Source of the DNA: an uncultured Clostridia bacterium
GTDB lineage: Bacteria > Bacillota > Clostridia > Oscillospirales > Acutalibacteraceae
DNA length: 44,396 nt
Assembly (NCBI GenBank): GCA_937895645.1
Contig: CALBKQ010000082.1
Coordinates: 1-44,396, forward strand
Direction of reading: 5' to 3'
Notes under the pieces: model-generated
What the model saw: only the letters and a program-made list of their open reading frames with translations
What the model was told of the DNA's origin: nothing
Database searches by the model: none
Shown here: positions 31,905 to 40,344 of the stretch, piece after piece
Layout: each line of letters opens with the position of its first letter
Position numbering within the stretch: position 1 is the first letter of the stretch
Position numbers and translations under genes: made by a program

Positions 31905-32334
31905 ATGCCGAAACGTTGTTGTTAAAGATAAAGTATGTACGAAGAATTATTGCTTCGCAATCACTATCATAATCTGTGTTGTAGCAAACGGATTTTGAAA
32001 TGTTGTGTTTTTTTGTAAATAAAAGATGTGTTGCAATTCTGTCAAAAATCTTGTGACCTGCGCTTCCACCCTGTGAGTAGGGAAGATAAATATCTGCGCT
32101 TAAGGTTGTCTTCATTTCTCTTTTGTTGGTTACTGTTATTTCACCTGTTTCAAGAGTTTCGGTGAGTTTTTCGCCGATTTCACATCCCTTTACAGATATT
32201 GCTACAATAGGTTTGTCGATAGGGGTTGGCTTTATTTCGTTTTCGTAAGCCACCACAAAAGTTATGTCGCTGAATAAAGTATCTGCTGATAACGCAGACA
32301 CAAGAGTTTCAGCCAGCGTTCCGTTAAGTGTCAT
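31903..32334 (-). CDS. Phage-module protein of unknown function (143 aa), last gene before the terminator
   Basis: GGAGGTG lies 4 nt upstream of the ATG at 32334 (MTLNGTLAETL), which is preferred over the ORF-track start at 32361. Confidence 0.4.
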   Translation of the reverse strand: MTLNGTLAETLVSALSADTLFSDITFVVAYENEIKPTPIDKPIVAISVKGCEIGEKLTETLETGEITVTNKREMKTTLSADIYLPYSQGGSAGHKIFDRIATHLLFTKKHNISKSVCYNTDYDSDCEAIILRTYFIFNNNVSA

Positions 32335-32335
32335 A

Positions 32336-32671
32336 TTACACCTCCGTTGTCTGTCTAACAACCGCCCAAATATAAATTACAGAATCTTTAACAGTAATTT
32401 TTTCGGCACGGTCAATTATATATTTTTTATTTGCGCTATCGTGGATTCTGTAAGTATTGTCAAGTTTTGTAAGGTCGTGATGGTTAGGGCCAATGTAAAG
32501 ATAAACATTGTTTTTGTTGATGCCCAAAGGCGTGTAGCTGCCTTGCTGATACAATTTGTTTTTGTATCGTAATGGTTGAAGAAATGCCTTAAATAAGGGG
32601 GATTGCCAACCATCTGCACCTGAAATATAAACAGTGTTGCCATAGATGTCAAGCATTTTATTTATGTTCAT
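32336..32671 (-). CDS. Putative head-closure/neck protein (111 aa)
   Basis: A 4-nt overlap with the preceding gene. The call is positional only. Confidence 0.35.
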   Translation of the reverse strand: MNINKMLDIYGNTVYISGADGWQSPLFKAFLQPLRYKNKLYQQGSYTPLGINKNNVYLYIGPNHHDLTKLDNTYRIHDSANKKYIIDRAEKITVKDSVIYIWAVVRQTTEV

Positions 32672-33042
32672 ATTTCCACCGCCTTAAATACAAAATCCAC
32701 ATCAGTTAAGTATTCAGATGCCTGAAGTAATGTTTCATCACGAAACTTCACAGCGTTTTCAATGGATGCTGATGAACTTTTGCTCACGGTAACATCACCT
32801 GCTTTGAATGATGAAAAATCGTCATTCCCACTACTTTGTAAAAGAGTGTAGCTATAAAGTGCAATTCCTGCACAAGCGTTGATTACAGCAGGTTCATCTT
32901 CGCTCTTTACATCTTTTAGACGCTTTGAAAGTCTTGCACAGGCTGAAACGCAAAAGGGCATAGCCTTTTTACATTCTTCTGGCGATAACACGCCCGTATC
33001 TTCAAGTACTTGCGAAACTGACCAGACATTTATCATTTTCAC
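32668..33042 (-). CDS. Putative head-tail connector (gp6-like adaptor)
   Basis: A 124-aa ORF directly after the capsid gene; size and position are typical of head-tail adaptors. Confidence 0.45.
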   Translation of the reverse strand: MKMINVWSVSQVLEDTGVLSPEECKKAMPFCVSACARLSKRLKDVKSEDEPAVINACAGIALYSYTLLQSSGNDDFSSFKAGDVTVSKSSSASIENAVKFRDETLLQASEYLTDVDFVFKAVEI

Positions 33043-33050
33043 TCACCAAC

Positions 33051-34055
33051 TTACACATTCATAACTTTTGACGCATCTGCGAAGATTTTTGCAAAACCTG
33101 AAATCTGTGTAATTGCAGCGCGTTCAAGCTGACGGTCAATAAGTTTGTCAAATTCTGTCATAACACCGCCTGCGGTTACCATCTCAAGTGCGCAGCTTTT
33201 ATCAAGACCGATAAGAGTAGCGTTAATATCGTTTGACTTGATAAGTTTAGCACCAAGTGGTGTAATCATTGTGCCTTTACCGTGGAAATTAAGACCTGCT
33301 GGTGCGTCGCGGAATTCAGGCATTGTAAGAAGTTTTGCAGTAATGTCAGGTGACGCAATAAGAGTATTCATTTCATAAGGTGAAAATGAATTCCAGAGTG
33401 TAACCAAATCTTCATAAGTGATTTTGCCATCAGTTGCAGGTGAGATTTCACTGGCTGCATTCTCGTTGCCATCACCATTGATAAGAACATTCACTGCATC
33501 TTTGAACTGTGTACGGGCAATATAAGCACCAATCTGACGAAGTGTGACTGTGAACAAATCAAGACGCTGAAAACGGATTGCCTCATAAGATGCCACAAGC
33601 ATTCTGCCACGCTTTTTAAGTGTAACAAGATTATCTTGTGTATGGACAACTGTTTCAGGAATAGATGCGCCTTCTGCTACATCTTTAAGTTCCTTTTCTT
33701 CATTGGTTGGTACAGATGCGATTGTTCTGTAATCAAGACCGTTAATGTTTGTTCTTGTTGCGATGATAGCGTCAAGATTATTTGCTTCTTCAATACCCTG
33801 ACGCACTGCGCGTGATACATATTCAGGGAAAAGTACAGCAGAATCAGTTGTAGCAAAAAACTTTTCTACTGCGTCACTACCGGCGCCTTTGATTTTAATG
33901 TTAAAACGTTTTAACTGTCGTTCAAATGCGTCAAGATTTTCAAGGGAAGTGCCCTTGTAGTTTTCACTTGGGTCAATTTTTTCAAGTTCAGTAAGAAATC
34001 CCTTACCTGTACCGTAAAGACCTTTGTCGAGTTTAATTGTTTCAAAATTTGCCAT
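33051..34055 (-). CDS. Phage major capsid protein (presumed HK97 fold)
   Basis: A 334-aa ORF after the protease/scaffold gene with an AGGAGGA RBS. The call rests on position and size, with no sequence signature verified. Confidence 0.7.
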   Translation of the reverse strand: MANFETIKLDKGLYGTGKGFLTELEKIDPSENYKGTSLENLDAFERQLKRFNIKIKGAGSDAVEKFFATTDSAVLFPEYVSRAVRQGIEEANNLDAIIATRTNINGLDYRTIASVPTNEEKELKDVAEGASIPETVVHTQDNLVTLKKRGRMLVASYEAIRFQRLDLFTVTLRQIGAYIARTQFKDAVNVLINGDGNENAASEISPATDGKITYEDLVTLWNSFSPYEMNTLIASPDITAKLLTMPEFRDAPAGLNFHGKGTMITPLGAKLIKSNDINATLIGLDKSCALEMVTAGGVMTEFDKLIDRQLERAAITQISGFAKIFADASKVMNV

Positions 34056-34069
34056 TGTAAAAATCCTCC

Positions 34070-35020
34070 TTAAAATTTGAATTGGCTGTTAGCATTGTCA
34101 TCGTCATTTTCTTCCGTATAAAGCTGACCTGTAATCGGAACAATAGTATTGGCTTTTTTTCTCATAGCCTTTGAAAGTACTTCAAGACTATCAGTTGAAA
34201 GGTTTTTAATCATTTCGTTAACACAATCCTCATTGATTTCAGGAACTGCCAAAGAAAAGTACGATTTGATTTTTGTGCAAAGAGAAAGTCTGAATTTTTC
34301 ACCGTCTGCACTTTTTATTTCAAGATTTTCAATGTAATCGGAAACCTTTTTAAGTTCGTTTTCACTTAAAGTAAGCGATTTTTCCTCTTTAATGGATTTA
34401 AGAATATTTTCCATAGATTTCTCCTTTTTATAAGATTTTGTAACACCTGCGTTTCTTTGTGCAGGAACAGCCACAAATGACCATTCATAAGCGTCTGTAA
34501 TACCTGTAATCGTTTTATAACAACGCTCACCATTGTATTTTCGACCTGCTATGTGATTACAATGCTTTTCACCACAGATTGAACAAACACGCCCGTCACT
34601 TGCACAACTGATACTGACCTCTTTTTTTATTCCACTTTCAATATCACGGATAAGTGACTCATTTTTCTCACTTTTCGCCATATAACACCACGCTTTTAAG
34701 TAGGTGTAGGGTAATCCGTCGCAAGTTTTTCGTGAGTTATCTGTAATTAACTGCGTTTTGTATGTGCGTGAGTTCTGGTCCTCACTTTTCATACTGTGGT
34801 TGTGAATACCAGTTTTGCCAACAAAAAGTTTTTCAAGTGTTTTAAGGGCGCTTTCATCAAAACGTTCAAAATCACGGTCAATGTCGTTGTCGCAAAGTAT
34901 TACGCTGAAACAGAAAACATCATCTTTTGTGAGAGTTTTAAGAGTATACTTATTGATAAGAGTCACATCTTCATCTGTAGGCATACCGACTTCATTTTTT
35001 GACTGATAACATTTAATCAT
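34070..35020 (-). CDS. Putative prohead protease fused to a scaffold-like C-terminal region
   Basis: Located between the portal and capsid genes. The N-terminal half has a prohead-protease-like pattern (..RFDESALKTLEKLFVGKTGIHNHS.., ..EVSISCAS..). The C-terminal 110 aa are helical and charged, which is scaffold-like. It also has a Cys/His cluster CSICGEKHCNH. Confidence 0.5.
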   Translation of the reverse strand: MIKCYQSKNEVGMPTDEDVTLINKYTLKTLTKDDVFCFSVILCDNDIDRDFERFDESALKTLEKLFVGKTGIHNHSMKSEDQNSRTYKTQLITDNSRKTCDGLPYTYLKAWCYMAKSEKNESLIRDIESGIKKEVSISCASDGRVCSICGEKHCNHIAGRKYNGERCYKTITGITDAYEWSFVAVPAQRNAGVTKSYKKEKSMENILKSIKEEKSLTLSENELKKVSDYIENLEIKSADGEKFRLSLCTKIKSYFSLAVPEINEDCVNEMIKNLSTDSLEVLSKAMRKKANTIVPITGQLYTEENDDDNANSQFKF

Positions 35021-36147
35021 TTACTGTCACCTCCCAAAAGTGATTTTGCCTGTGCAGAATATAGTTCTGCTTTTGCCTGTTCAACTGCATCCTGTAATGT
35101 GATTTCATCCCATATCACTTGCACTCCGTCGCTATTGCCACAAAGACGCAAGAAAATATTGCAGATTTTCTCAATAACGGGTGTGAGAATTCGTCTGTAT
35201 GCAGTAAGTTCAGTTGTAAGGGCATCTGCTTGTTGTGATGACATTCTTTCAGTAGTACTCCAACTAAGCCCCAACATAAATGGTGGAACACCGAGTTTAG
35301 CAACAATCTGTTCAAGCATTTGTTTAACGGGGATTTCGCTGTCAAGCACCTGATTATCTGCGCCGATTACTTTAATCTGCACATCGCCAACTGCAACAAA
35401 ATCCTTGACGCTGTTTTTGTCCATGGCATTTGCCCACTCATTAGCAATCTGTGTTGCTCTCTCTTTGGCATAAGCACGGTCAAGCATATCAGAGCCAGGG
35501 TTGTATGTAACTGCATATCGAAGATTACCTGCACGTTCCCAATTCTGCCCGATAGACTCATAAATCTTAACAAGAATTGATGCTACAAAAGGAAGTCCCT
35601 TAAGAATAGAATTACCCGTAATACTACCAGCTTCTGGGTTAAGCGCTGAATACATAACAAGTTCTTGAAATTTTACAGGGGTGCAGTCACTGTCAGGTCT
35701 GCAAATAAGAACTTCGTTGAAGTTTTTATGATTTCTTTTAAGACATATATTGCGGATTGGCACATTGTAAAGAGAGTTAATATTGTTACCGTCCGTTACA
35801 ATTTCACCTGCAGATGTACCGTAAGTGAGCAACTGTTCAAAATAAATATCAATAAACTGTTGAAGTCCTTTGCCAGTACCACCAACATTTATGTTGCGTA
35901 TAAAATCTTCAAGTTGTGTCTGATTTCTGCCATTATTGGTTTTTACAGTAAATCCTCCTGTAAGACGAATAATTTTGTAAATTGCTGTATCAATCACAGG
36001 AATTGCTTCTCTTAACATTCTGTAAAGTTCAGGGTTGCAGATACAAGCAGGTGAGTAACTGCCCAATAGGTCAAAAGCGTGTTGGTTTGAAGTTTGTGGA
36101 GAAGAAGTGCAGACCTTTTTCTTTGCCATTTTTGAAAATATTGACAA
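35017..36147 (-). CDS. Phage portal protein
   Basis: A 376-aa ORF immediately after terL, in the size range of HK97-type portals. TTG start 8 nt after AAGGAG. Confidence 0.75.
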   Translation of the reverse strand: MSIFSKMAKKKVCTSSPQTSNQHAFDLLGSYSPACICNPELYRMLREAIPVIDTAIYKIIRLTGGFTVKTNNGRNQTQLEDFIRNINVGGTGKGLQQFIDIYFEQLLTYGTSAGEIVTDGNNINSLYNVPIRNICLKRNHKNFNEVLICRPDSDCTPVKFQELVMYSALNPEAGSITGNSILKGLPFVASILVKIYESIGQNWERAGNLRYAVTYNPGSDMLDRAYAKERATQIANEWANAMDKNSVKDFVAVGDVQIKVIGADNQVLDSEIPVKQMLEQIVAKLGVPPFMLGLSWSTTERMSSQQADALTTELTAYRRILTPVIEKICNIFLRLCGNSDGVQVIWDEITLQDAVEQAKAELYSAQAKSLLGGDSK

Positions 36148-36166
36148 ACTTGTTTTCTCCTTTCAT

Positions 36167-37429
36167 TTAGTTTCTTTCAACGGATAAGGCAAAGCCAAGT
36201 CCGTCAGTTTGTTCAAGAGCAGTAGCCACAAAATAACGAATATCGTCCATTGCGTGGTCATACTCTTTTCGTGGGGCATCGTGTACCCCGTTTGTATCCC
36301 ATCGATACATTCCGAACTCGCGGATTGTATCAACACAGGAATTGCCAATTAAAATTTCTTTGCATTTCAGTTTTTCGCTGACTTTTCGTATTCCGTCTGC
36401 CACATTGTTTTTTGCGGGGATTACGCGAAATTTACCTTCGCGACGAATACACTCCATAAAGGAGGCGGCAGAGGGGTCAACTATCACCGCTTCAATTCTT
36501 TTGTCACCTGCAAGAGTAACTAATTCATCATAGTACTCTCTGTCGGTCATCTGAAAGCCTTTTGCTTTTGAATCGTGATAGAATTCCCTTATTCTGTACC
36601 ATACGCCTTTATAAAATCCCCACAAGCCGAATGAGGCAGGGTTAACGGTACCGTAGTCACAAGAAATATAATACTGACTGCAATTTTTAGGGAGAGTATC
36701 TGTAATGTGTTCTTTTTCATTGAAAAAGGGGTAAACAAGACCGTCAACTGCTACCCATTTTCCAAGCACAAATCTTTCATAAAAAGCACCTGAATACAAG
36801 GTTTTGTAACGGTCCCGTATTTCTGTTGAAAGTGATGGATTGTCCTCCATAAGAAAGTGAAGATAAAGACAGTTTTTCTCACTTGCTTTCTTAATCCATT
36901 CAGTATGAAACCAATGACGGGGATTTTCAGGGTTGCAGTTAAACCATAGTTTAGAACCTGTTACAGAGCATCTTGCCATTGCCTGTTCAACAAATGAACG
37001 TGGCATAAGTGCTACCTCGTCAAGTAAAATTCCACAAAGTGTCATACCTTGAATAAGTGACGCAGAGGATTCATCACGACCACCGAAAAGGTAAAATCTG
37101 TTAACTTTGTTACCATTTGATATTTCAATAACATTACTGCTTTTTCTGTCTTTTACAGTAAATCCCATTTGGCAAAGTAACGGTAGTAGGGGAGTAACTA
37201 CGTTACGACGAAGGGAAGTAATTGTTTTACCACAAAGCGCAAACGAGCAATCAGAAAATCGGTAAAAAGCCCAAAGAATGAACGAAATTGACATACAAAC
37301 AGTTTTGCCACTTCTTACAGCGCCGTCACAGATAATAGCGTCATAATCCTTATACGGACTATTTTTACACCACCAGTTAAGCACAATAAGTTGTTTTTCT
37401 GAAAATTCACGAAACTTAATGTCAGCCAT
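36167..37429 (-). CDS. terL: Phage terminase large subunit (PBSX-like family)
   Basis: The start is at MADIKFREFSEKQLIVLNWW; the ORF-track start at 37624 lies inside terS. Motifs present: Walker A CDGAVRSGKT, Walker B ILLDEV, and C-terminal nuclease-type acidic motifs (DYG..., HAMDDIRY). Confidence 0.9.
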   Translation of the reverse strand: MADIKFREFSEKQLIVLNWWCKNSPYKDYDAIICDGAVRSGKTVCMSISFILWAFYRFSDCSFALCGKTITSLRRNVVTPLLPLLCQMGFTVKDRKSSNVIEISNGNKVNRFYLFGGRDESSASLIQGMTLCGILLDEVALMPRSFVEQAMARCSVTGSKLWFNCNPENPRHWFHTEWIKKASEKNCLYLHFLMEDNPSLSTEIRDRYKTLYSGAFYERFVLGKWVAVDGLVYPFFNEKEHITDTLPKNCSQYYISCDYGTVNPASFGLWGFYKGVWYRIREFYHDSKAKGFQMTDREYYDELVTLAGDKRIEAVIVDPSAASFMECIRREGKFRVIPAKNNVADGIRKVSEKLKCKEILIGNSCVDTIREFGMYRWDTNGVHDAPRKEYDHAMDDIRYFVATALEQTDGLGFALSVERN

Positions 37430-37913
37430 TATCTTCACTCTCCGTAAGTTTTCCTGCACTTCTTTCAAGAGCCTCATAGAAAGATAAAGTGCCGGTTTTT
37501 TTACCGTTTTGTGATAATTCAGAAAGTTTTTCAAGGGCTTTAAGTCTGTCAAAAAACTTGATTTCCATACCTTTTCCGCAAGTGAACTTAATTTCTGCCA
37601 CATTGAATAAATCAAGTGAATCAATGTCGGGGGAAGTATTTTGATTTGCAGAAAGAATAAGTTTCACCGCATCTGCACAAGAGCCGAAAGCAAGGCGTTC
37701 TAGACCTGCTGACACAAGGCTTTCATCAACAAGGTTTTCTTTTTCTAACTCTGTGATTTTCTGGCGGATTTCTTTTTTAGATAACAGACTTATTGCACGG
37801 TATTCGGGTAAGATTTCATATCCTGCCCTAATTGCTGCTTCTTTTGGATTCCGTAGTCGTACATATATACGACAAAAATCCAACTCTTTTTTTGTAAGTT
37901 TTCGTTCGTTCAT
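37422..37913 (-). CDS. terS: Phage terminase small subunit
   Basis: The N-terminus KLTKKELDFCRIYVRLRNPKEAAIRAGYE... is the HTH signature of Terminase_2-type small subunits. It has an AAAGGAG RBS and overlaps terL by 8 nt. Confidence 0.75.
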   Translation of the reverse strand: MNERKLTKKELDFCRIYVRLRNPKEAAIRAGYEILPEYRAISLLSKKEIRQKITELEKENLVDESLVSAGLERLAFGSCADAVKLILSANQNTSPDIDSLDLFNVAEIKFTCGKGMEIKFFDRLKALEKLSELSQNGKKTGTLSFYEALERSAGKLTESEDNG

Positions 37914-37962
37914 TTTTTACTCCTTTCCGAAGAGCTTCAAAAAATACTCTCCATAAATAGTC

Positions 37963-37997
37963 CCAAAAATAAAAAACGTCCCGCAATTTGTGGGACG
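37963..37997 (-). terminator. Minus-strand rho-independent terminator located upstream of terS
   Basis: On the minus strand: CGTCCCACAAATTGCGGGACG followed by TTTTTTATTTTT. It lies about 50 nt before the terS start. Confidence 0.6.
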
Positions 37998-38056
37998 ATT
38001 TCTGAAAATTGCCGATTTGTTTACAAAAAGTTCATAATTAAGGGCAAAAATCGGGG

Positions 38057-38084
38057 TTGACTTATATAAAAAAGAGTATATAAT
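38057..38084 (+). promoter_or_regulatory. Candidate marR/ABC operon promoter (TTGACT-16-TATAAT)
   Basis: TTGACT 38057-38062 and TATAAT 38079-38084. Confidence 0.55.
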
Positions 38085-38091
38085 AAAAAAC

Positions 38092-38126
38092 AGTTAATCG
38101 GTTAATTATTAAACGGTTAATTAATT
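38092..38126 (+). promoter_or_regulatory. Repeated GTTAAT / CGGTTAATTA elements between the promoter and marR (candidate MarR operator)
   Basis: CGGTTAATTA at 38099-38108 and 38114-38123 (15-bp period), plus AGTTAATCG at 38092-38100. TTAATTAA palindromes are also present. Confidence 0.35.
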
Positions 38127-38144
38127 TGAATAGGTAGTGAAAAG

Positions 38145-38594
38145 ATGATAGAAAAAGTAAAAAAAATAAATGATGCTTTTCATCGTTATCATTGTAGTCA
38201 CAGAAATATTATTGATGCAAGATTTCGTGAAAGGGGCATATATTTTGGGCAACCACCAATACTTAAATATTTAAGTGACCATAATGACGCAACGCAAAAA
38301 GAAATTGCAGAATTTTTGCATATTTCACCACCGTCTGTGGCAACATCACTTAAAAGAATGGAAGAATCAGGTCTTGTTGTGCGACTGGAAAATAAAAAAG
38401 ATGCACGAAGAAACACTGTAAAACTTACAAAAAAAGGAAAAGAACTTTTTCTGTTTGCCGAAAATACTTTTATGCGTATTGATGATATTGCGTATAAGGG
38501 TTTTACAGAAGAAGAGATGGATTTAATGGTAACATTCCTTGAAAGAATGAATAATAATTTAACTGATTTTGTAAAGGAGGATGAAAATGTTTAA
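38145..38594 (+). CDS. MarR-family transcriptional regulator
   Basis: Winged-HTH region ...ATQKEIAEFLHISPPSVATSLKRMEESGLVVRLENKKDARRNTVKLTKKG. Confidence 0.9.
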   Translation: MIEKVKKINDAFHRYHCSHRNIIDARFRERGIYFGQPPILKYLSDHNDATQKEIAEFLHISPPSVATSLKRMEESGLVVRLENKKDARRNTVKLTKKGKELFLFAENTFMRIDDIAYKGFTEEEMDLMVTFLERMNNNLTDFVKEDENV

Positions 38595-40344
38595 GTTGTT
38601 GAAATACGCTAAAAAGTATATAATCCCTGCAATAATTTCTCCGATTTTTATGGTGGGTGAAGTTATACTTGAACTTATGATTCCTCTCGTAATGGCAGAG
38701 ATTGTGAATCTTATTCAGTCAGATGGCTTTGGTGATGAAAGCCTTAACCAGATGTTAAGATACGGTATTCGTATGCTCATATACGCATTAGGTTCACTTT
38801 GTTGTGGCACAATAGCAGCACGTGCTGCCGCAGTTGCAGGTATGGGATTTGGTGCAAAACTCCGTGAAAATATGATGGATAAAATTCAGACATTCTCATT
38901 TTCAAATATTGACAGATTTTCAACTGCCTCACTTATTACCCGTCTCACAACTGATGTAAACAGTGTGCAGAATACGTTTGTTATGATGATTAGAATGCTT
39001 TTCCGCTCACCTGTTCAGTTTGTGGTGGCACTTGTGTTTACAATAAGAATGAGCAAAGAGATTTCGTCAGCATTTCTTGTGTCACTTCCTCTTATTATGC
39101 TTATACTTGTAATTTTTGCTCCGATAGCAATGAAACGATTTAAGAAATTACTTGAAATGTTTGATGGCTTTAACGCATCTATTCAGGAAAACCTTACTAA
39201 CATAAGAGTTGTTAAAGCTTTTGTCCGTTCTGATTATGAGAAAGATAAATTCAAAAAGGCAAACGATAATCTTCTTAATGCGGCATTACACGCAGAAAAA
39301 CTTATGATATTGGGTCAGCCTACATTTATGATGATTATGTATGGCACAATCCTTTCAATTCTTTATATTGCAGCAAAATGTATTTCGGCAGAAACTCTCA
39401 ATATAGGCGACTTTACTGCTGTTTACACTTATGCAATGCAGATTTTAATGAGTTTCTTGATGGTTATTTTTCTTATTATGCAATTCTTTATGTCACAGGC
39501 AAGTGCAAAGCGTATAAATGAGGTTATCAATGAAATTCCTGATATAAGAGATGACACCGCTACAGAAACAACAGTAAAAGATGGCTCTATTGAATTTAAG
39601 AATGTGTCATTCAAATATAATGGTGCTAATAATCCTGTAATCAAAAACGCCGATTTCAGAATTGAAAGTGGTGAAATGGTTGGTATTATCGGTGCAACTG
39701 GTAGTGCAAAAACAACTCTTGTACAGTTAATCCCAAGACTTTATGATGTAACTGACGGTCAAGTGACAGTTGGTGGGGTTGACGTTAAAGATTACAAAAT
39801 CCACGCTCTTCGTGAAGAAGTAAGTATGGTATTACAGAAAAATGTGCTTTTTTCAGGCTCTATCGCAGAAAATCTTCGTTGGGGTAACAAAAATGCAACT
39901 GATGAAGAATTAGTTGAGGCTTGTAAAATTGCAGATGCACATTCATTCATTTCTTCTTTCCCTGATGGATATAATACTGATTTGAGTCAAGGCGGCTCAA
40001 ATGTTTCGGGTGGACAAAAGCAAAGACTTTGTATTGCCCGTGCAATTCTTAAAAAGCCGAAAATTCTTATTCTTGACGACTCAACAAGCGCAGTTGATAC
40101 ATTTACAGATTCAAAAATCCGTAAAGGACTTCGCGAGTGTATTCCAGATACAACAAAAATCATTATCGCACAACGAATTTCATCAGTTGAAGATTGCGAT
40201 AAGATTATTATTCTTGAAAATGGTGGAATTAACGACATAGGCACTCACTACGAGTTGTTAGAGCGTAATGAAATCTATAAAGATATTTATGAATCGCAAC
40301 AAAAAGGCGGAGACGATTTCGATTTGCAAGGAGGTGGTAACTGA
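38587..40344 (+). CDS. ABC transporter, fused permease/ATPase (heterodimeric exporter subunit 1)
   Basis: Six-TM exporter domain, then Walker A GATGSAKTT, signature VSGGQKQR and Walker B ILILDD. The ATG at 38587 lies 6 nt after GGAGG. Confidence 0.92.
   Translation: MFKLLKYAKKYIIPAIISPIFMVGEVILELMIPLVMAEIVNLIQSDGFGDESLNQMLRYGIRMLIYALGSLCCGTIAARAAAVAGMGFGAKLRENMMDKIQTFSFSNIDRFSTASLITRLTTDVNSVQNTFVMMIRMLFRSPVQFVVALVFTIRMSKEISSAFLVSLPLIMLILVIFAPIAMKRFKKLLEMFDGFNASIQENLTNIRVVKAFVRSDYEKDKFKKANDNLLNAALHAEKLMILGQPTFMMIMYGTILSILYIAAKCISAETLNIGDFTAVYTYAMQILMSFLMVIFLIMQFFMSQASAKRINEVINEIPDIRDDTATETTVKDGSIEFKNVSFKYNGANNPVIKNADFRIESGEMVGIIGATGSAKTTLVQLIPRLYDVTDGQVTVGGVDVKDYKIHALREEVSMVLQKNVLFSGSIAENLRWGNKNATDEELVEACKIADAHSFISSFPDGYNTDLSQGGSNVSGGQKQRLCIARAILKKPKILILDDSTSAVDTFTDSKIRKGLRECIPDTTKIIIAQRISSVEDCDKIIILENGGINDIGTHYELLERNEIYKDIYESQQKGGDDFDLQGGGN

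Larger units (their letters stand above)
31903..37913 (-). mobile_element. Tail-less phage-derived head morphogenesis and DNA-packaging module (prophage remnant or satellite/GTA-like element)
   Basis: Eight tightly packed or overlapping minus-strand genes in canonical order: terS, terL, portal, protease/scaffold, capsid, connector, and two small proteins. No integrase, repressor, replication, tail or lysis genes lie in the window. It is flanked by ordinary chromosomal genes. Confidence 0.75.

Noticed and set aside
31903-37913. Calling the phage gene cluster an intact prophage
   Set aside because: Only head and packaging genes are present. No integrase, repressor, replication, tail or lysis functions occur on either side within the window.
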